Counted from the first letter of the stretch, positions 1 through 9,522 are shown. The stretch: 64,000 nucleotides of DNA from an uncultured Burkholderiales bacterium (GCA_964516875.1 CAZFAO010000005.1:3588-67587); one strand, 5' to 3'. Program-made: numbers and translations. Notes: a model not told the origin generated them from the sequence alone.

Positions 1-874
1 AAAAATCTCGCCATGCTTGTGTATCTGTATTAATACCGGTAGCGTTTAATCCTCGCAATGCGGTTGCTGTTGAGTTGGGGTCAGGCGATCCGAAATTAGA
101 AAAACTGCCGTCTGAATTTATTGTTGTTGCTAAATATGTCAACGCATTGACAATAGCGATGTCGTTGCGGTCTTTTCCTGCTGCAACGAGTGCTTCAATC
201 GCAAGCGCAGTTGTGTCTGCACCGCCGTCGAGCAAGGTTGCTTCGCCTGCATAATTGAATGACCCGTCGCTAGCTTGCCCGGAACGAATGTACGTTATCG
301 TTTGATCGGAGATCGGATTTCCTGTCAGTTCAAGTGCGAGCACTGACGTCAACGTGGTATTGAACAGACCGGCGCCATAACTTCCATCGGGCAATTGTGC
401 CGATGTAATCGCGCCGACAAGATCACGCACAAAAATTGAATCATTTGATGGATCAAAATCATACGCATCAAGACCGAGAGGTGAAACGACACCGGTGATG
501 AGTTTGGAAGCTGTACTGGCAGTGAGTGTTTCATCCGCGAGATCATCAGCATAATCGAGTGGAGTTTTTCCATTGTTCACAACGCTCGTTACCCCTGTAT
601 ATGCTTCACTCGTGGAGTACGTTGAACCTGTCTGCGCAGCAGATGCAAGAGCAGTTATGGCATCGGGTGTTTCGAAACCTGGGTAGTGTGCAACTTCGAA
701 ACCACCATCGGGTTGTTGTTGTGTTTTCATCCAGTCCAGCGACTTTGTCACTTCGCTGGAACCGGTACCCGATTGAGCAAAGGACATCGAAGTTGCTGCG
801 GTCACTGCGAGAATCACACCACAAAAAATAAATCGTGAAATTCTCACAAGATGAGTACGAGAAGAGAGGTGCAT
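1..874 (-). CDS. Secreted prenyltransferase/squalene-oxidase-repeat (alpha/alpha-toroid) protein; C-terminus lies beyond window start
   Basis: Own minus-strand translation; it is absent from the ORF track because it runs off the window. ATG at 874 has AAAGGA 5 nt upstream. N-terminus MHLSSRTHLVRISRFIFCGVILAVTAATSMSFAQS is signal-like. Recurrent QQPDGGF, QLPDGSYG, QASDGSFNY and INSDGSFSN motifs are spaced ~45-50 aa, as in prenyltransferase/terpene-cyclase repeats. Confidence 0.7.
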   Translation of the reverse strand, partial: MHLSSRTHLVRISRFIFCGVILAVTAATSMSFAQSGTGSSEVTKSLDWMKTQQQPDGGFEVAHYPGFETPDAITALASAAQTGSTYSTSEAYTGVTSVVNNGKTPLDYADDLADETLTASTASKLITGVVSPLGLDAYDFDPSNDSIFVRDLVGAITSAQLPDGSYGAGLFNTTLTSVLALELTGNPISDQTITYIRSGQASDGSFNYAGEATLLDGGADTTALAIEALVAAGKDRNDIAIVNALTYLATTINSDGSFSNFGSPDPNSTATALRGLNATGINTDTQAWRDF

Positions 875-1000
875 TTTTTCCTTTACGCGGGACCATTCAC
901 TACCTGGGGCGATCTGGCTTGAACATTGTGTTCTTACAGTTGCGCGACAGCGTTGGATTTGCACCAACTTCTCCCCTACAGATCGTGTTCGATCTGCGTG
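875..1000 (-). promoter_or_regulatory. Cobalamin (B12) riboswitch, short/variant class, in the 5' leader of the 1..874 gene
   Basis: Minus strand reads CAGAUCG-AACA-CGAUCUG-U-AGGGGAGAAGUUGGUGCAAAUCCAACGCUGUCGCGCAACUGUAAGAACACAAUGUUCAAGC-CAGAUCG-CCCCAGG...AAAGGAAAAAAUG. This matches the conserved cobalamin aptamer blocks GGGAA / GGUGNAAAUCC / GCNGNCCCGCAACUGUAA. CGAUCUG (985-979) can pair with either CAGAUCG (996-990 or 916-910). The canonical GCCACUG box is not seen. Confidence 0.65.
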
Positions 1001-1046
1001 TGCGTCGTTTCGCACGGAAGTAGCGGACTATACGATACTAGATATT

Positions 1047-1817
1047 GTGAATTTCGCGCATACCCCACGTCTCTACCACCCTGTATCTGCGGGTTTATTT
1101 TCAAGTGCGATCATTGTTGGGGCATACGCATCACCCAACCTCGCATTAACTTTGAGTGTTACCTGTATCGCGGCAATCATTACTTCTTCACTCATCGACA
1201 CCCGACGGTCACGAATAACATTTATGTGGATTGTGAGCGTGTGTGTCATTTTTTCTGTTGTTCGTCTTGCCCTGATTGCAGTAACAACTCATTCGGAAAC
1301 ATCAACTTTTGCTCTTCCCCAGATCACATTTCCCTCCTGGCTGGGCTCGCTTGTGTTGGGAGGAAGTGTTGATACACACGTCATTGTTACGAGTGCACAA
1401 TCAATGGCTCTTTTGACAAGTGTCATTATCGGGTGCTGCGCATTCTCATTTCTTATCGGACCGCACCGAATTGTCCACCTCATTCCACGAAAACTTACAT
1501 CTCTGCGCGAATCAACACAGGTGGCATCCAACGTGATGTGGCGCACACCAAATGAAGTTCGACTTATCAACGAAGCACAATACAATCATCGGTCATCAAA
1601 ATTTTCTTCAGCACGTTATGTTTTCCCGGCATTCGTTTCCGAACTTGTTAACCAATCAACAACCCATGCTGGTGTTGCTGATCTTCGAAAAAGTGCAATT
1701 ACGCGTCAGGTTTCATGGTATCGATTCACATTTTCGCACTCCGACACACACTTAATTGGCCTCACGCTTTCACTGGGTGTTGCATTTCTTGGCGTCTGGA
1801 TGATGGTGCATCCATGA
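1047..1817 (+). CDS. ECF transporter transmembrane (T, CbiQ/EcfT-like) component
   Basis: 256 aa, polytopic and hydrophobic, with a GTG start. Its stop overlaps the ATG of the tandem-NBD ATPase gene (ATGA at 1814-1817). The call rests on topology and operon position. Confidence 0.6.
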   Translation: MNFAHTPRLYHPVSAGLFSSAIIVGAYASPNLALTLSVTCIAAIITSSLIDTRRSRITFMWIVSVCVIFSVVRLALIAVTTHSETSTFALPQITFPSWLGSLVLGGSVDTHVIVTSAQSMALLTSVIIGCCAFSFLIGPHRIVHLIPRKLTSLRESTQVASNVMWRTPNEVRLINEAQYNHRSSKFSSARYVFPAFVSELVNQSTTHAGVADLRKSAITRQVSWYRFTFSHSDTHLIGLTLSLGVAFLGVWMMVHP

Positions 1818-3040
1818 CGCAACTTCGTGCGCAGATCTTTTCTGTTTCCATCAAAAATATCGTCATCACATCATGCGATGACTTCGAGGCTCATTCAGGT
1901 GAGATCGTTCAGATCGTTGGAGAAAACGGATCAGGAAAAACAGCCTTTCTTCAATGTTGTGCGGGAATAATTCCGCACATTACGGGTGGAACAGTGCGGG
2001 GCGAACTTCAAATCGCAGGAAAAGATCTCCGTTGTTGTTTGCCAGCTAATTTGCAGGGCCATGTTGTGTACGTCCCCAGCGCTATTGACATGTTTTTTAT
2101 GTGTAATAGCGTTTTTGATGAAATCGTTTTCACACTTGCCGGCAGTTACCCCGATCTCGACCTCGCTCACATTTACGAGAAAACTAATTCCATTATTTTC
2201 GAACATAATCTCGATGAATTCAAAGATAAAGAGATTTCGACGTTGTCGTATGGTCAACGTGCAAAAATTGCAGCTCTCTGTGCCATTATTTCTCGCGCAC
2301 CTATCATTTTGCTCGATGAAGTAATGAGTTCACTTGATGACTCTGCGAGAAGCGACATTCACAACCTTGTTAATACGTTTGTTCAGAATGGAGGCCTCTG
2401 CGTCGTTGCCGATCATGACTATGTGTGGAACAACGCCCGCACGCATACCTTTACGCGTTCTCTTTCCGAGGACGTTGCTCCACACATGATTGATATCCGC
2501 GAACACCGCGGAAAACTCATTTCGCTCACAGGTGCCAATGGTTCGGGGAAAACAACTCTCCTCCGATTCATCCTTGGATTTGTTGATGAATCTGACATAT
2601 ACCCACACGCGCACAGCATCGCAACATCGATCAACATTGCGCACCCTCTTGCTTATATGCCCCAGGAATGTCGACAGATGTTTCGCCATCTCGTCCTTCG
2701 AGACGAATTTCCTTCACCGTTAAATGACCACTTGATTGACAGTCTTGGGCTAAACGAGTTATTAGATCACAACCCATCGACGCTTTCGTATGGTCAACAA
2801 AAACGTGCTGCTCTCGCAACAACGTTTTCAACCTACGCGCGCTCTGATCTTCTTGATGAACCCACAATCGGTCTCGATTCACGAACAACAGAGCTTGTAA
2901 TTTCTTTTCTGAAAAACTATTCGTCCTCCAATGACGTGACAATCATCTGTGCAACTCATGACGAGTCGCTCATCTCGGTCAGCGACCAATCATTCATGCT
3001 GAACAATCAAGCTCAATTACACAAAGTAGAAGCATCATGA
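1814..3040 (+). CDS. ECF/ABC transporter ATPase with two fused nucleotide-binding domains (A-A')
   Basis: Walker A GENGSGKT and GANGSGKTT; signatures LSYGQRAK and LSYGQQKR; Walker B ILLDEV and DLLDEPT; H-loops ADHD and ATHD. ATG 1814 is coupled to the upstream stop. The track's 1715 start overlaps the upstream gene and was not used. Confidence 0.85.
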   Translation: MTQLRAQIFSVSIKNIVITSCDDFEAHSGEIVQIVGENGSGKTAFLQCCAGIIPHITGGTVRGELQIAGKDLRCCLPANLQGHVVYVPSAIDMFFMCNSVFDEIVFTLAGSYPDLDLAHIYEKTNSIIFEHNLDEFKDKEISTLSYGQRAKIAALCAIISRAPIILLDEVMSSLDDSARSDIHNLVNTFVQNGGLCVVADHDYVWNNARTHTFTRSLSEDVAPHMIDIREHRGKLISLTGANGSGKTTLLRFILGFVDESDIYPHAHSIATSINIAHPLAYMPQECRQMFRHLVLRDEFPSPLNDHLIDSLGLNELLDHNPSTLSYGQQKRAALATTFSTYARSDLLDEPTIGLDSRTTELVISFLKNYSSSNDVTIICATHDESLISVSDQSFMLNNQAQLHKVEAS

Positions 3041-3864
3041 AGAATCGGCTATCTCTGTTTCTCTTTGCTCTCGTGAACATGTTTTCCATTGCCGCATTTT
3101 TTCTCCCCCTGTTTTTCTCCACGACACACACGCGCCTTCATTCCGTCATTATGCCTTTGTCTATTACGCTCGTGATACTTTCGGCTGTCGGTTGTGTTGC
3201 TCTGTCGCATTCACGCATGACATCGAGATCTCTCGTCACGCTTGCAGCAACAGCATGTGCGCTCGGAACGCTTGGACGTCTTCTTGATTTACCCGCAGGG
3301 GGAAGCGGAATGTTTTTCGTTATTGTTGTATCCGGTTTTGCTCTTGGCTCTCAGTTCGGCCAACTGGTGGGAATGTCTTCAATGTTTGTTTCGGCCTTCT
3401 TGACAGGGGGAATCGGTCCCTGGCTTGGATACCAAGTCATTGCAATGGGTTTAGTGGGTGCAGCCGCTGGAATTGCTACTCCATTTATTATTCGCACTGT
3501 TGATGCTCGAGGAAAAATTCCGCTTTCTCTCTTTGGAGTACTCACAATATTTGCCGGCGTTCTCGGACTCGCATACGGTTTCATTATCAACTGGTGGTCA
3601 TGGCCTTTTCTCGATTATGGAACGAAACTTTCCTTTGACCCGAGTGAAACAATTGTTTATAACCTCTCGCATTATGTGGATTTTTACATTCGCACATCAC
3701 TCTGGTGGGACGCTTGGGCTCTGCTGGGAAACGTCGTCCTCATGATTATGATAGGTCGCGCTGTGATTATGGCATTGCTTCCCGCACGAGACTTTCTCCA
3801 TCCCGACATCAGATTTGAAAGTGCAAATGACGTAGAAAATGTTTATCTAGGAACAACGTCGTAA
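3037..3864 (+). CDS. Polytopic membrane protein in the position of an ECF substrate-capture (S) component
   Basis: 275 aa with ~7-8 hydrophobic helices. It is ATGA-coupled to the ATPase gene (3037-3040). No diagnostic motif was recognised; the call is from context only. Confidence 0.45.
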   Translation: MKNRLSLFLFALVNMFSIAAFFLPLFFSTTHTRLHSVIMPLSITLVILSAVGCVALSHSRMTSRSLVTLAATACALGTLGRLLDLPAGGSGMFFVIVVSGFALGSQFGQLVGMSSMFVSAFLTGGIGPWLGYQVIAMGLVGAAAGIATPFIIRTVDARGKIPLSLFGVLTIFAGVLGLAYGFIINWWSWPFLDYGTKLSFDPSETIVYNLSHYVDFYIRTSLWWDAWALLGNVVLMIMIGRAVIMALLPARDFLHPDIRFESANDVENVYLGTTS

Positions 3865-4412
3865 AGAGAATGTGCAACTGGACGAATCTTGGCGTCGATA
3901 TCTTTTCGTAGCGGATTGGTTTTATCGCGTTCGGAAACAGTGAGGTCATCTTGCACCCATGGGATAGCCATCTCAGGATCTGAATAAAGCACTCCGAGTT
4001 CATCTGTTCCGTTGTAATAGTTATCTACTAAATATGTGATTGTCATATCCGTTAATGCTTGAAAACCATGTGCGATTCCACGCGGGATATACACACACTT
4101 ATGGTTTTCTTCGCCGATCTCAATAGTTTGAGTAACACCATTTGTTGGAGAGCCTTCACGGAGATCATGCAACGCAACAAGAGCTTTTCCGGCGGGCACA
4201 TACCAAAAATCTTCTTGATATAAATGGAAGTGCATTCCAACGACAGAACCCTTTTTGCGGGTGCCTCGATTTCCCTGCACCATAGTCGGTGCATCTTCGG
4301 GCAACCATTCCTGTCGAAAAGTCTCAACAAAATATCCGCGCTCGTCACCAAAAATGTGGGGTGTAACGATGAGAATGCCATCAATTAGATCTGATTTTTC
4401 AATAGTAGCCAT
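3843..4412 (-). CDS. rmlC: dTDP-4-dehydrorhamnose 3,5-epimerase (RmlC cupin)
   Basis: 189 aa. FGDERGYFVETF, GMHFH, DLREGSPTNG and YIPRGIAHGF blocks align with the RmlC family. The 3' end overlaps the convergent 3037..3864 gene by 22 nt. Confidence 0.85.
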   Translation of the reverse strand: MATIEKSDLIDGILIVTPHIFGDERGYFVETFRQEWLPEDAPTMVQGNRGTRKKGSVVGMHFHLYQEDFWYVPAGKALVALHDLREGSPTNGVTQTIEIGEENHKCVYIPRGIAHGFQALTDMTITYLVDNYYNGTDELGVLYSDPEMAIPWVQDDLTVSERDKTNPLRKDIDAKIRPVAHSLYDVVPR

Positions 4413-4423
4413 GAGAGATAAGG

Positions 4424-4951
4424 TTATCTGATTTCCTCAAACAAAATCGCTCCGAGAACAATGACTACCAATATCAACCCAAGAGCGCTGAGTGATGCCG
4501 GCTCAGCGAACAACCCCAGCACAGCGAGCAAACAAAGGACTGCGTTTCTCACGCAAGAAAAAGATCGCGCAGGCTTATTCGAAAGATTGCCAAAGCATCG
4601 ACAGGGCTGTTGAGATTTTCTGGTGAGATCGATAAAACACACGACTGCAAAACCAGCAAAAAGACCAACCATCGTCAACTGCGTGACTCCGCGCAGCGGA
4701 CCCCCATACGCACAAAAAAGAATGACACAAAACGCGATGATGAGCTCGATACGCCAGAGCCAACTTGACTCCTCAAAACTCTTGATGATCGGTTCAAAAG
4801 AATGTTTGATTGAAAACTTCATTTGTGGTTGGTGAATGCGTTCTGTGCGGATGTTCGTGAACGATTCCATCACACTTTTGAGCAATGCGCTACAAATCAG
4901 AATAGGCGCAAGAGCATAGGGTAGCTGCGACACGAGGTCTTGATAAGTCAC
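4424..4951 (-). CDS. Small polytopic membrane protein, MauE/DoxX-like
   Basis: 175 aa with 4-5 TM helices and a CRCFGNL motif resembling the C-x-C-F-G motif of MauE-type proteins. Confidence 0.45.
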   Translation of the reverse strand: MTYQDLVSQLPYALAPILICSALLKSVMESFTNIRTERIHQPQMKFSIKHSFEPIIKSFEESSWLWRIELIIAFCVILFCAYGGPLRGVTQLTMVGLFAGFAVVCFIDLTRKSQQPCRCFGNLSNKPARSFSCVRNAVLCLLAVLGLFAEPASLSALGLILVVIVLGAILFEEIR

Positions 4952-4994
4952 TCAAGTATTGTAGAAGCACAATAGAAATGGATATGAATCGCGT

Positions 4995-6878
4995 ATGAGT
5001 TGGCAGATGGTATCGAGCTTTCGGAATGATCCGAAATCGGTCAAAGGAAAAAAGATCGATAAGGTAAAGGTCAAACGCGTATGGCAGTTCGCGCGCGTGT
5101 ATAAAAAATCGCTCGTATTTTATCTTCTCACTCTGTTTTTTTCCGCCGTTGTCGCAGCAATTCCTCCTCTCCTTTTTCGAGAACTCATCGACGAAGGTCT
5201 TCCCAACGGAACGAAAGACGGAAGCCTGACCGTTATCACGTGGCTCGCTATCGCAGGTGTTTTTGTTGCGATTATTTCAGCAACGCTCGCAATCATTCAA
5301 CGGTATTATTCGGCAGCGATTGGTGAAGGCCTCATTTACGATCTCCGCGTTGCTTTGTATGACCACATTCAAAGGCAACCGCTTGCGTTCTTCACCCGCA
5401 CACAAACAGGTGCACTGATGAGTCGTCTCAACAACGATGTAATCGGAGCACAAACCGCAGTGACATCAACAATGGGAACCGTGGTCAGCAATGTCATCAC
5501 GCTTATCGTCACCTTGAGCGTCATGCTCAAACTCGAATGGAAACTCACGCTCGTCACACTGGCCGTTCTCCCTTTGTTTATTATTCCTGCACGCAAAGTG
5601 GGTGTGCGTCTTCAAAGTGCATCGAGAGAAGCAATGAATTTGAACTCTTCTATGAACGCAACCATCGTTGAAAAGTTCAATGTTTCTGGGGCACTGATTG
5701 TAAAACTCTTTGGTCGTCCCGACGAAGAAAAAGAATCCTTCGCGAAGAGAGCTCGACGTGTGGCCGACATCGGAATTCAAAGCGCACTCTATTCGCGCAC
5801 TTTGTTTGCTGCCCTTGGATTGATATCGGCCATTGGTGCGGCCATTGTGTATTACGTGGGTGGACGCCTCGCCATCGAAGGAGCTCTCACTGCCGGAACA
5901 GTTGGTGCTTTTATTTTCTACGTTGCGCAAGTATATGATCCACTCACTCAGTTGACGAATGCTCGAGTCGATGTGTTGACTGCGTTAGTAAGTTTCGATC
6001 GAGTCTTTGAAGTTCTTGATTTCGAATCAGCACTTGTCGAAAAAGAAGATCCTATAGAACTCACAACAAATATCGGTCGAGTTGAATATCGAGATGTTTC
6101 CTTTACTCATTTACCAAAAGAACTTGTCACAATTGAATCGCTCGAAGAGGAATCAACAGCACGATCAACTCAAGAAGACGAAATACTTTCGCACGTCAGT
6201 TTCACGATTGAACCGGGACAAAAAATTGCTCTCGTCGGTCCATCGGGTGCAGGCAAAACAACAACCGCGATGATGCTTGCGCGAATCTATGACCCAACCG
6301 AAGGTGAAGTTCTTCTCGACGGGGTCAACGTTAAAGATCTCTCGTTTCAGTCTCTCAAGGATCATGTTTCTGTGGTCACACAAGACCCTCACCTCTTCCA
6401 TGATTCGGTATTAGTGAATTTGCGTTACGCCGTGCCGGATGCGACCGATGATGAAATTATTGATGCCTGCAAACGCGCTCAGATTCACACAATGATAAAT
6501 AACCTTCCTGATAAATACAACACTCTCGTTGGCGAACGCGGTTATCGACTATCGGGAGGCGAAAAGCAACGAATCGCTATTGCACGAGTACTTCTCAAAA
6601 ATCCTGCTGTTGTCATTCTTGACGAAGCAACAAGTCATCTCGATTCCGAAACGGAATATTCAATTCAAAAAGCATTCGATGCTGCTCTGGAACAACGCAC
6701 CGCGTTAATCATTGCGCATCGATTATCTACAATTATCAATGCCGACAAAATTATTGTCATGGATGCTGGCCGCATTGTTGAAACGGGTACACATTCCGAA
6801 CTCATTGCAGCGGGAGGTCTGTACTCAGATCTGCACGCAACACAAGTCGCTCATTCCCCCAGCATGATTGAAGAATAA
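4995..6878 (+). CDS. ABC exporter, fused permease/ATPase (MsbA/MdlB-like)
   Basis: 627 aa. N-terminal 6-TM exporter domain, then an NBD with GPSGAGKTT, LSGGEKQRIAIAR and ILDEATSHLD. Confidence 0.9.
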   Translation: MSWQMVSSFRNDPKSVKGKKIDKVKVKRVWQFARVYKKSLVFYLLTLFFSAVVAAIPPLLFRELIDEGLPNGTKDGSLTVITWLAIAGVFVAIISATLAIIQRYYSAAIGEGLIYDLRVALYDHIQRQPLAFFTRTQTGALMSRLNNDVIGAQTAVTSTMGTVVSNVITLIVTLSVMLKLEWKLTLVTLAVLPLFIIPARKVGVRLQSASREAMNLNSSMNATIVEKFNVSGALIVKLFGRPDEEKESFAKRARRVADIGIQSALYSRTLFAALGLISAIGAAIVYYVGGRLAIEGALTAGTVGAFIFYVAQVYDPLTQLTNARVDVLTALVSFDRVFEVLDFESALVEKEDPIELTTNIGRVEYRDVSFTHLPKELVTIESLEEESTARSTQEDEILSHVSFTIEPGQKIALVGPSGAGKTTTAMMLARIYDPTEGEVLLDGVNVKDLSFQSLKDHVSVVTQDPHLFHDSVLVNLRYAVPDATDDEIIDACKRAQIHTMINNLPDKYNTLVGERGYRLSGGEKQRIAIARVLLKNPAVVILDEATSHLDSETEYSIQKAFDAALEQRTALIIAHRLSTIINADKIIVMDAGRIVETGTHSELIAAGGLYSDLHATQVAHSPSMIEE

Positions 6879-6927
6879 ATCTCGCTAGTGCAGAATTATC
6901 TCTTGTGGCGTAGAATATACGTCTCTT

Positions 6928-8154
6928 ATGCCCGATCAGCCACTACCGCCAAATCCTTTTCAGCGTGTTCCCGAACCGCAGGATCCTCGGTCGTCTAAAT
7001 TATTCGCACATCAGCAACCACAACAACCGTCGAGTCCATACGGAGAGAGAGTTCAGACCCCAACTCAATCTCAGATGCATCGACCGCCACAGAGAACAGC
7101 TCCTCCAAAGATCTCAGCACGACGGGAATTGCGTCTGCACAATATCAAGCTGCGTCGCAATATTTTGATTGGAATTTCGGTTTTTATCGGCCTGTTGTTG
7201 GCCCTCATTGCAACAGATACGCTCAAACTTGGGACCGGTCCACAACCATATTTTTCTGACGCATCTGCATCGCCCGCACAAACCAGTGCCACCACAAAAG
7301 TTGAAGGTGAACAGGTTGAATCGATCCGAACACCCACGGCGAAAGATCCACTTCGTGTGTACATTGGCGGAGATTCCCTTGTCGGATCAATAGGGAACCC
7401 TTTAGCAACACAATTAGGAAATTTGGGAGTGATTAAAGCCACGTATGATTCGCGTCCATCGAGTGGATTAGTGAACTCCGATTTTTTCAATTGGAATACT
7501 CACGCGAAAAGTATTCTTACCCAATACAAACCGGAAGTCGTCGTCTTCATGATCGGCACCAACGATGCAGCGATTGTTTCGTCCAACCCCAAAGGATACA
7601 AAGAAGCTTATAGTGAAAAACTTAATGATTTTCTCGACATCGTCTCTCCGTCTACTCGCAAAGTATTTTTTGTTCTCGCGCCTTCCATGAAAGAAACCGC
7701 GCTCAATAAAAATGTTGACAAGATAAACGATGTCATTTCCGATGTCGCAAAAGAGTGGAAAGTGCATGTGCTTGACAGTTCCAGCACGTTGTCCCCCAGC
7801 GGCACTTTTTCCATCAAAGTTTCGCAAGGAAATAAAAATGTTGTTGTCCGCGCTGATGACGGTGTACATATAACGGGCGAGGGCGGCAAATTACTTGCTA
7901 CTTCCATTTTTAAATCGCTTGATAAGCTCTATTCACTTTCGCAATTCAAAGTTACCCCAGCAATCAAACCTGTAAAAGTTCCTGGATGTTGCACATCGCC
8001 CACGAGTATTCCATCGGGGACATTCAGCACTGCTTCATCAAGCACCACGTCGTCAACATCGACATCATCTCCATCGACATCGTCCACATCAACAACTGCA
8101 CCAGAAGTATCTTCTCCGCCGGCTGCTTTAACCCCAGCAATACCAAATCCATAA
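6928..8154 (+). CDS. Membrane-anchored SGNH/GDSL-type hydrolase (DUF459-like) with Ser/Thr-rich tail
   Basis: Pro/Gln-rich N-terminus and a single TM (ILIGISVFIGLLLALIA). SGNH blocks IGGDSL, IGTNDA and DGVHIT are present. C-terminal tail is SSSTTSSTSTSSPSTSSTSTT. Confidence 0.65.
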   Translation: MPDQPLPPNPFQRVPEPQDPRSSKLFAHQQPQQPSSPYGERVQTPTQSQMHRPPQRTAPPKISARRELRLHNIKLRRNILIGISVFIGLLLALIATDTLKLGTGPQPYFSDASASPAQTSATTKVEGEQVESIRTPTAKDPLRVYIGGDSLVGSIGNPLATQLGNLGVIKATYDSRPSSGLVNSDFFNWNTHAKSILTQYKPEVVVFMIGTNDAAIVSSNPKGYKEAYSEKLNDFLDIVSPSTRKVFFVLAPSMKETALNKNVDKINDVISDVAKEWKVHVLDSSSTLSPSGTFSIKVSQGNKNVVVRADDGVHITGEGGKLLATSIFKSLDKLYSLSQFKVTPAIKPVKVPGCCTSPTSIPSGTFSTASSSTTSSTSTSSPSTSSTSTTAPEVSSPPAALTPAIPNP

Positions 8155-8283
8155 CACATCGTGTAGTGAACGCACCATAACGAATGTTGCGTAATCCGTG
8201 CAGAATTAGTTAAAAAAATGATGACGATTTAAGGCTTACGACCTATGGATATAACTCACAAATAAGGCGAGTATATGCCAAAC

Positions 8284-8364
8284 ACGGTTTCGGCGTCTTT
8301 CTCCCACCCCATCGCCGAAGACGTACACAAGAAGGTTGCTTTCTCCCGAGCAACCTTCTTTTTT
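8284..8364 (+). ncRNA. Candidate 6C-family small RNA (two hairpins with C-rich loops plus intrinsic terminator)
   Basis: Hairpin 1: stem 8289-8295/8313-8319, loop UCUUUCUCCCACCCCAU. Hairpin 2: 11-bp stem 8329-8339/8350-8360, loop UUUCUCCCGA, followed by a T6 run. A TATATG -10-like hexamer at 8272-8277 sets the 5' end approximately. No ORF is present. Confidence 0.5.
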
Positions 8365-8389
8365 ATTGCACAGTGAACTGCAAAATAAG

Positions 8390-9469
8390 TTATGGAAGTC
8401 GGAAACGAAGTTGTGAGAAACTCGATTCTGTCACTAAATCTGCAGCATATTTTGCAATCATCGGCGCAAAGGTAAAACCAGCTTGTTCACATGCCATTAG
8501 CACAACAACATTGCCCACACGGTCAACAATAAAATCGCCCGTGCGATTAAACGTTGCTTGGCAGGTATCGCTCGATAATGGATGGGCATCGAGACCCGGC
8601 ATAAATTGTGAAACATAATCACACACTTTTATTGCGACTAACGGATCGACAATAAAGTCTCGATCAGCAACTGTATTGACGTACGTACCCATTCTTATTC
8701 CTGAAACTAAAACACCCACTCCGGGAGCTTCTTGAGAAAAAAACGTCGTATCACGGTGATGGAAAATGTTGGGCCAGATAGCGCCTGGATCTCGACTAGC
8801 AAAATAAAGAGTCTGTTCCTGCGAGATTTTCGGTTGTGGAATATTTATCACTCCATTAAGAAGTTCTGGCGTCCATGCACCTGCCGCACACACAACAACA
8901 GAAGCAGAAATCGATTCGCTCTCGCTCTCTAAAACCTTGTTCCCCGAGGCATCATCGTACATTTTCTTTACAGGAAAGAACTCGCGCAGTTCCACGCCAT
9001 TGGTCGAACACAACTCGTGAATGGCGGTCAACGTTGCCCGCGCATAAATACGTCCGCCCCCAGGATGGAAAACAACCGTTTCGTCAAATTCAAGATTCGG
9101 CCATCGATATTGTGCCTCTTGTGTTGTAATCACTTCACTTGCAACACCGCATTGATCCATGGCGTTAACACGACTCGCAATGACGGGCGCTGAACCATGA
9201 TCGACACAGCCGTTGGGTTCAATCAGGGAAACCTGTGCTTCGTCTTCGACTTGGCGCCAGAGTGAAAGAGCATTCAGCGCGAGTTTCACATAATCAGGAT
9301 CGTCGTACGAGAGTCGATAGATACGGGTTGCTCCATGAGAGGAGCCCCGAAGGTGCCCAAATTCGTACTGCTCACAGACCACAACAGATTTGCCACGACG
9401 AGCCAAAGCATAGGCACTGAAAAGCCCGTGGACTCCACCGCCGATTACGGCTACATCATAGTTTTTCAT
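8390..9469 (-). CDS. FAD-dependent amine oxidase (monomeric sarcosine oxidase / N-methyltryptophan oxidase-like)
   Basis: 359 aa. N-terminal dinucleotide fold YDVAVIGGGVHG. SSHGATRIYRLSY and the overall layout resemble the SolA/MSOX family. Confidence 0.75.
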   Translation of the reverse strand: MKNYDVAVIGGGVHGLFSAYALARRGKSVVVCEQYEFGHLRGSSHGATRIYRLSYDDPDYVKLALNALSLWRQVEDEAQVSLIEPNGCVDHGSAPVIASRVNAMDQCGVASEVITTQEAQYRWPNLEFDETVVFHPGGGRIYARATLTAIHELCSTNGVELREFFPVKKMYDDASGNKVLESESESISASVVVCAAGAWTPELLNGVINIPQPKISQEQTLYFASRDPGAIWPNIFHHRDTTFFSQEAPGVGVLVSGIRMGTYVNTVADRDFIVDPLVAIKVCDYVSQFMPGLDAHPLSSDTCQATFNRTGDFIVDRVGNVVVLMACEQAGFTFAPMIAKYAADLVTESSFSQLRFRLP

Positions 9470-9522
9470 TGCTCATTCAATTCTTCGTTCGTTGCTGAGT
9501 CCTGGCACTAATCTGTATAACC

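Noticed and set aside
349-896. Track ORFs 349..573(-), 526..831(+) and 606..896(-)
   Set aside because: All are out of frame with the long minus-strand reading frame (1..874), which has a signal peptide, an SD and recognisable prenyltransferase-type repeats.
1715-1813. Track start of the ATPase ORF at 1715
   Set aside because: It would overlap the upstream T-component gene by ~100 nt. ATG 1814 gives the classic ATGA coupling and places Walker A at the normal distance from the N-terminus.
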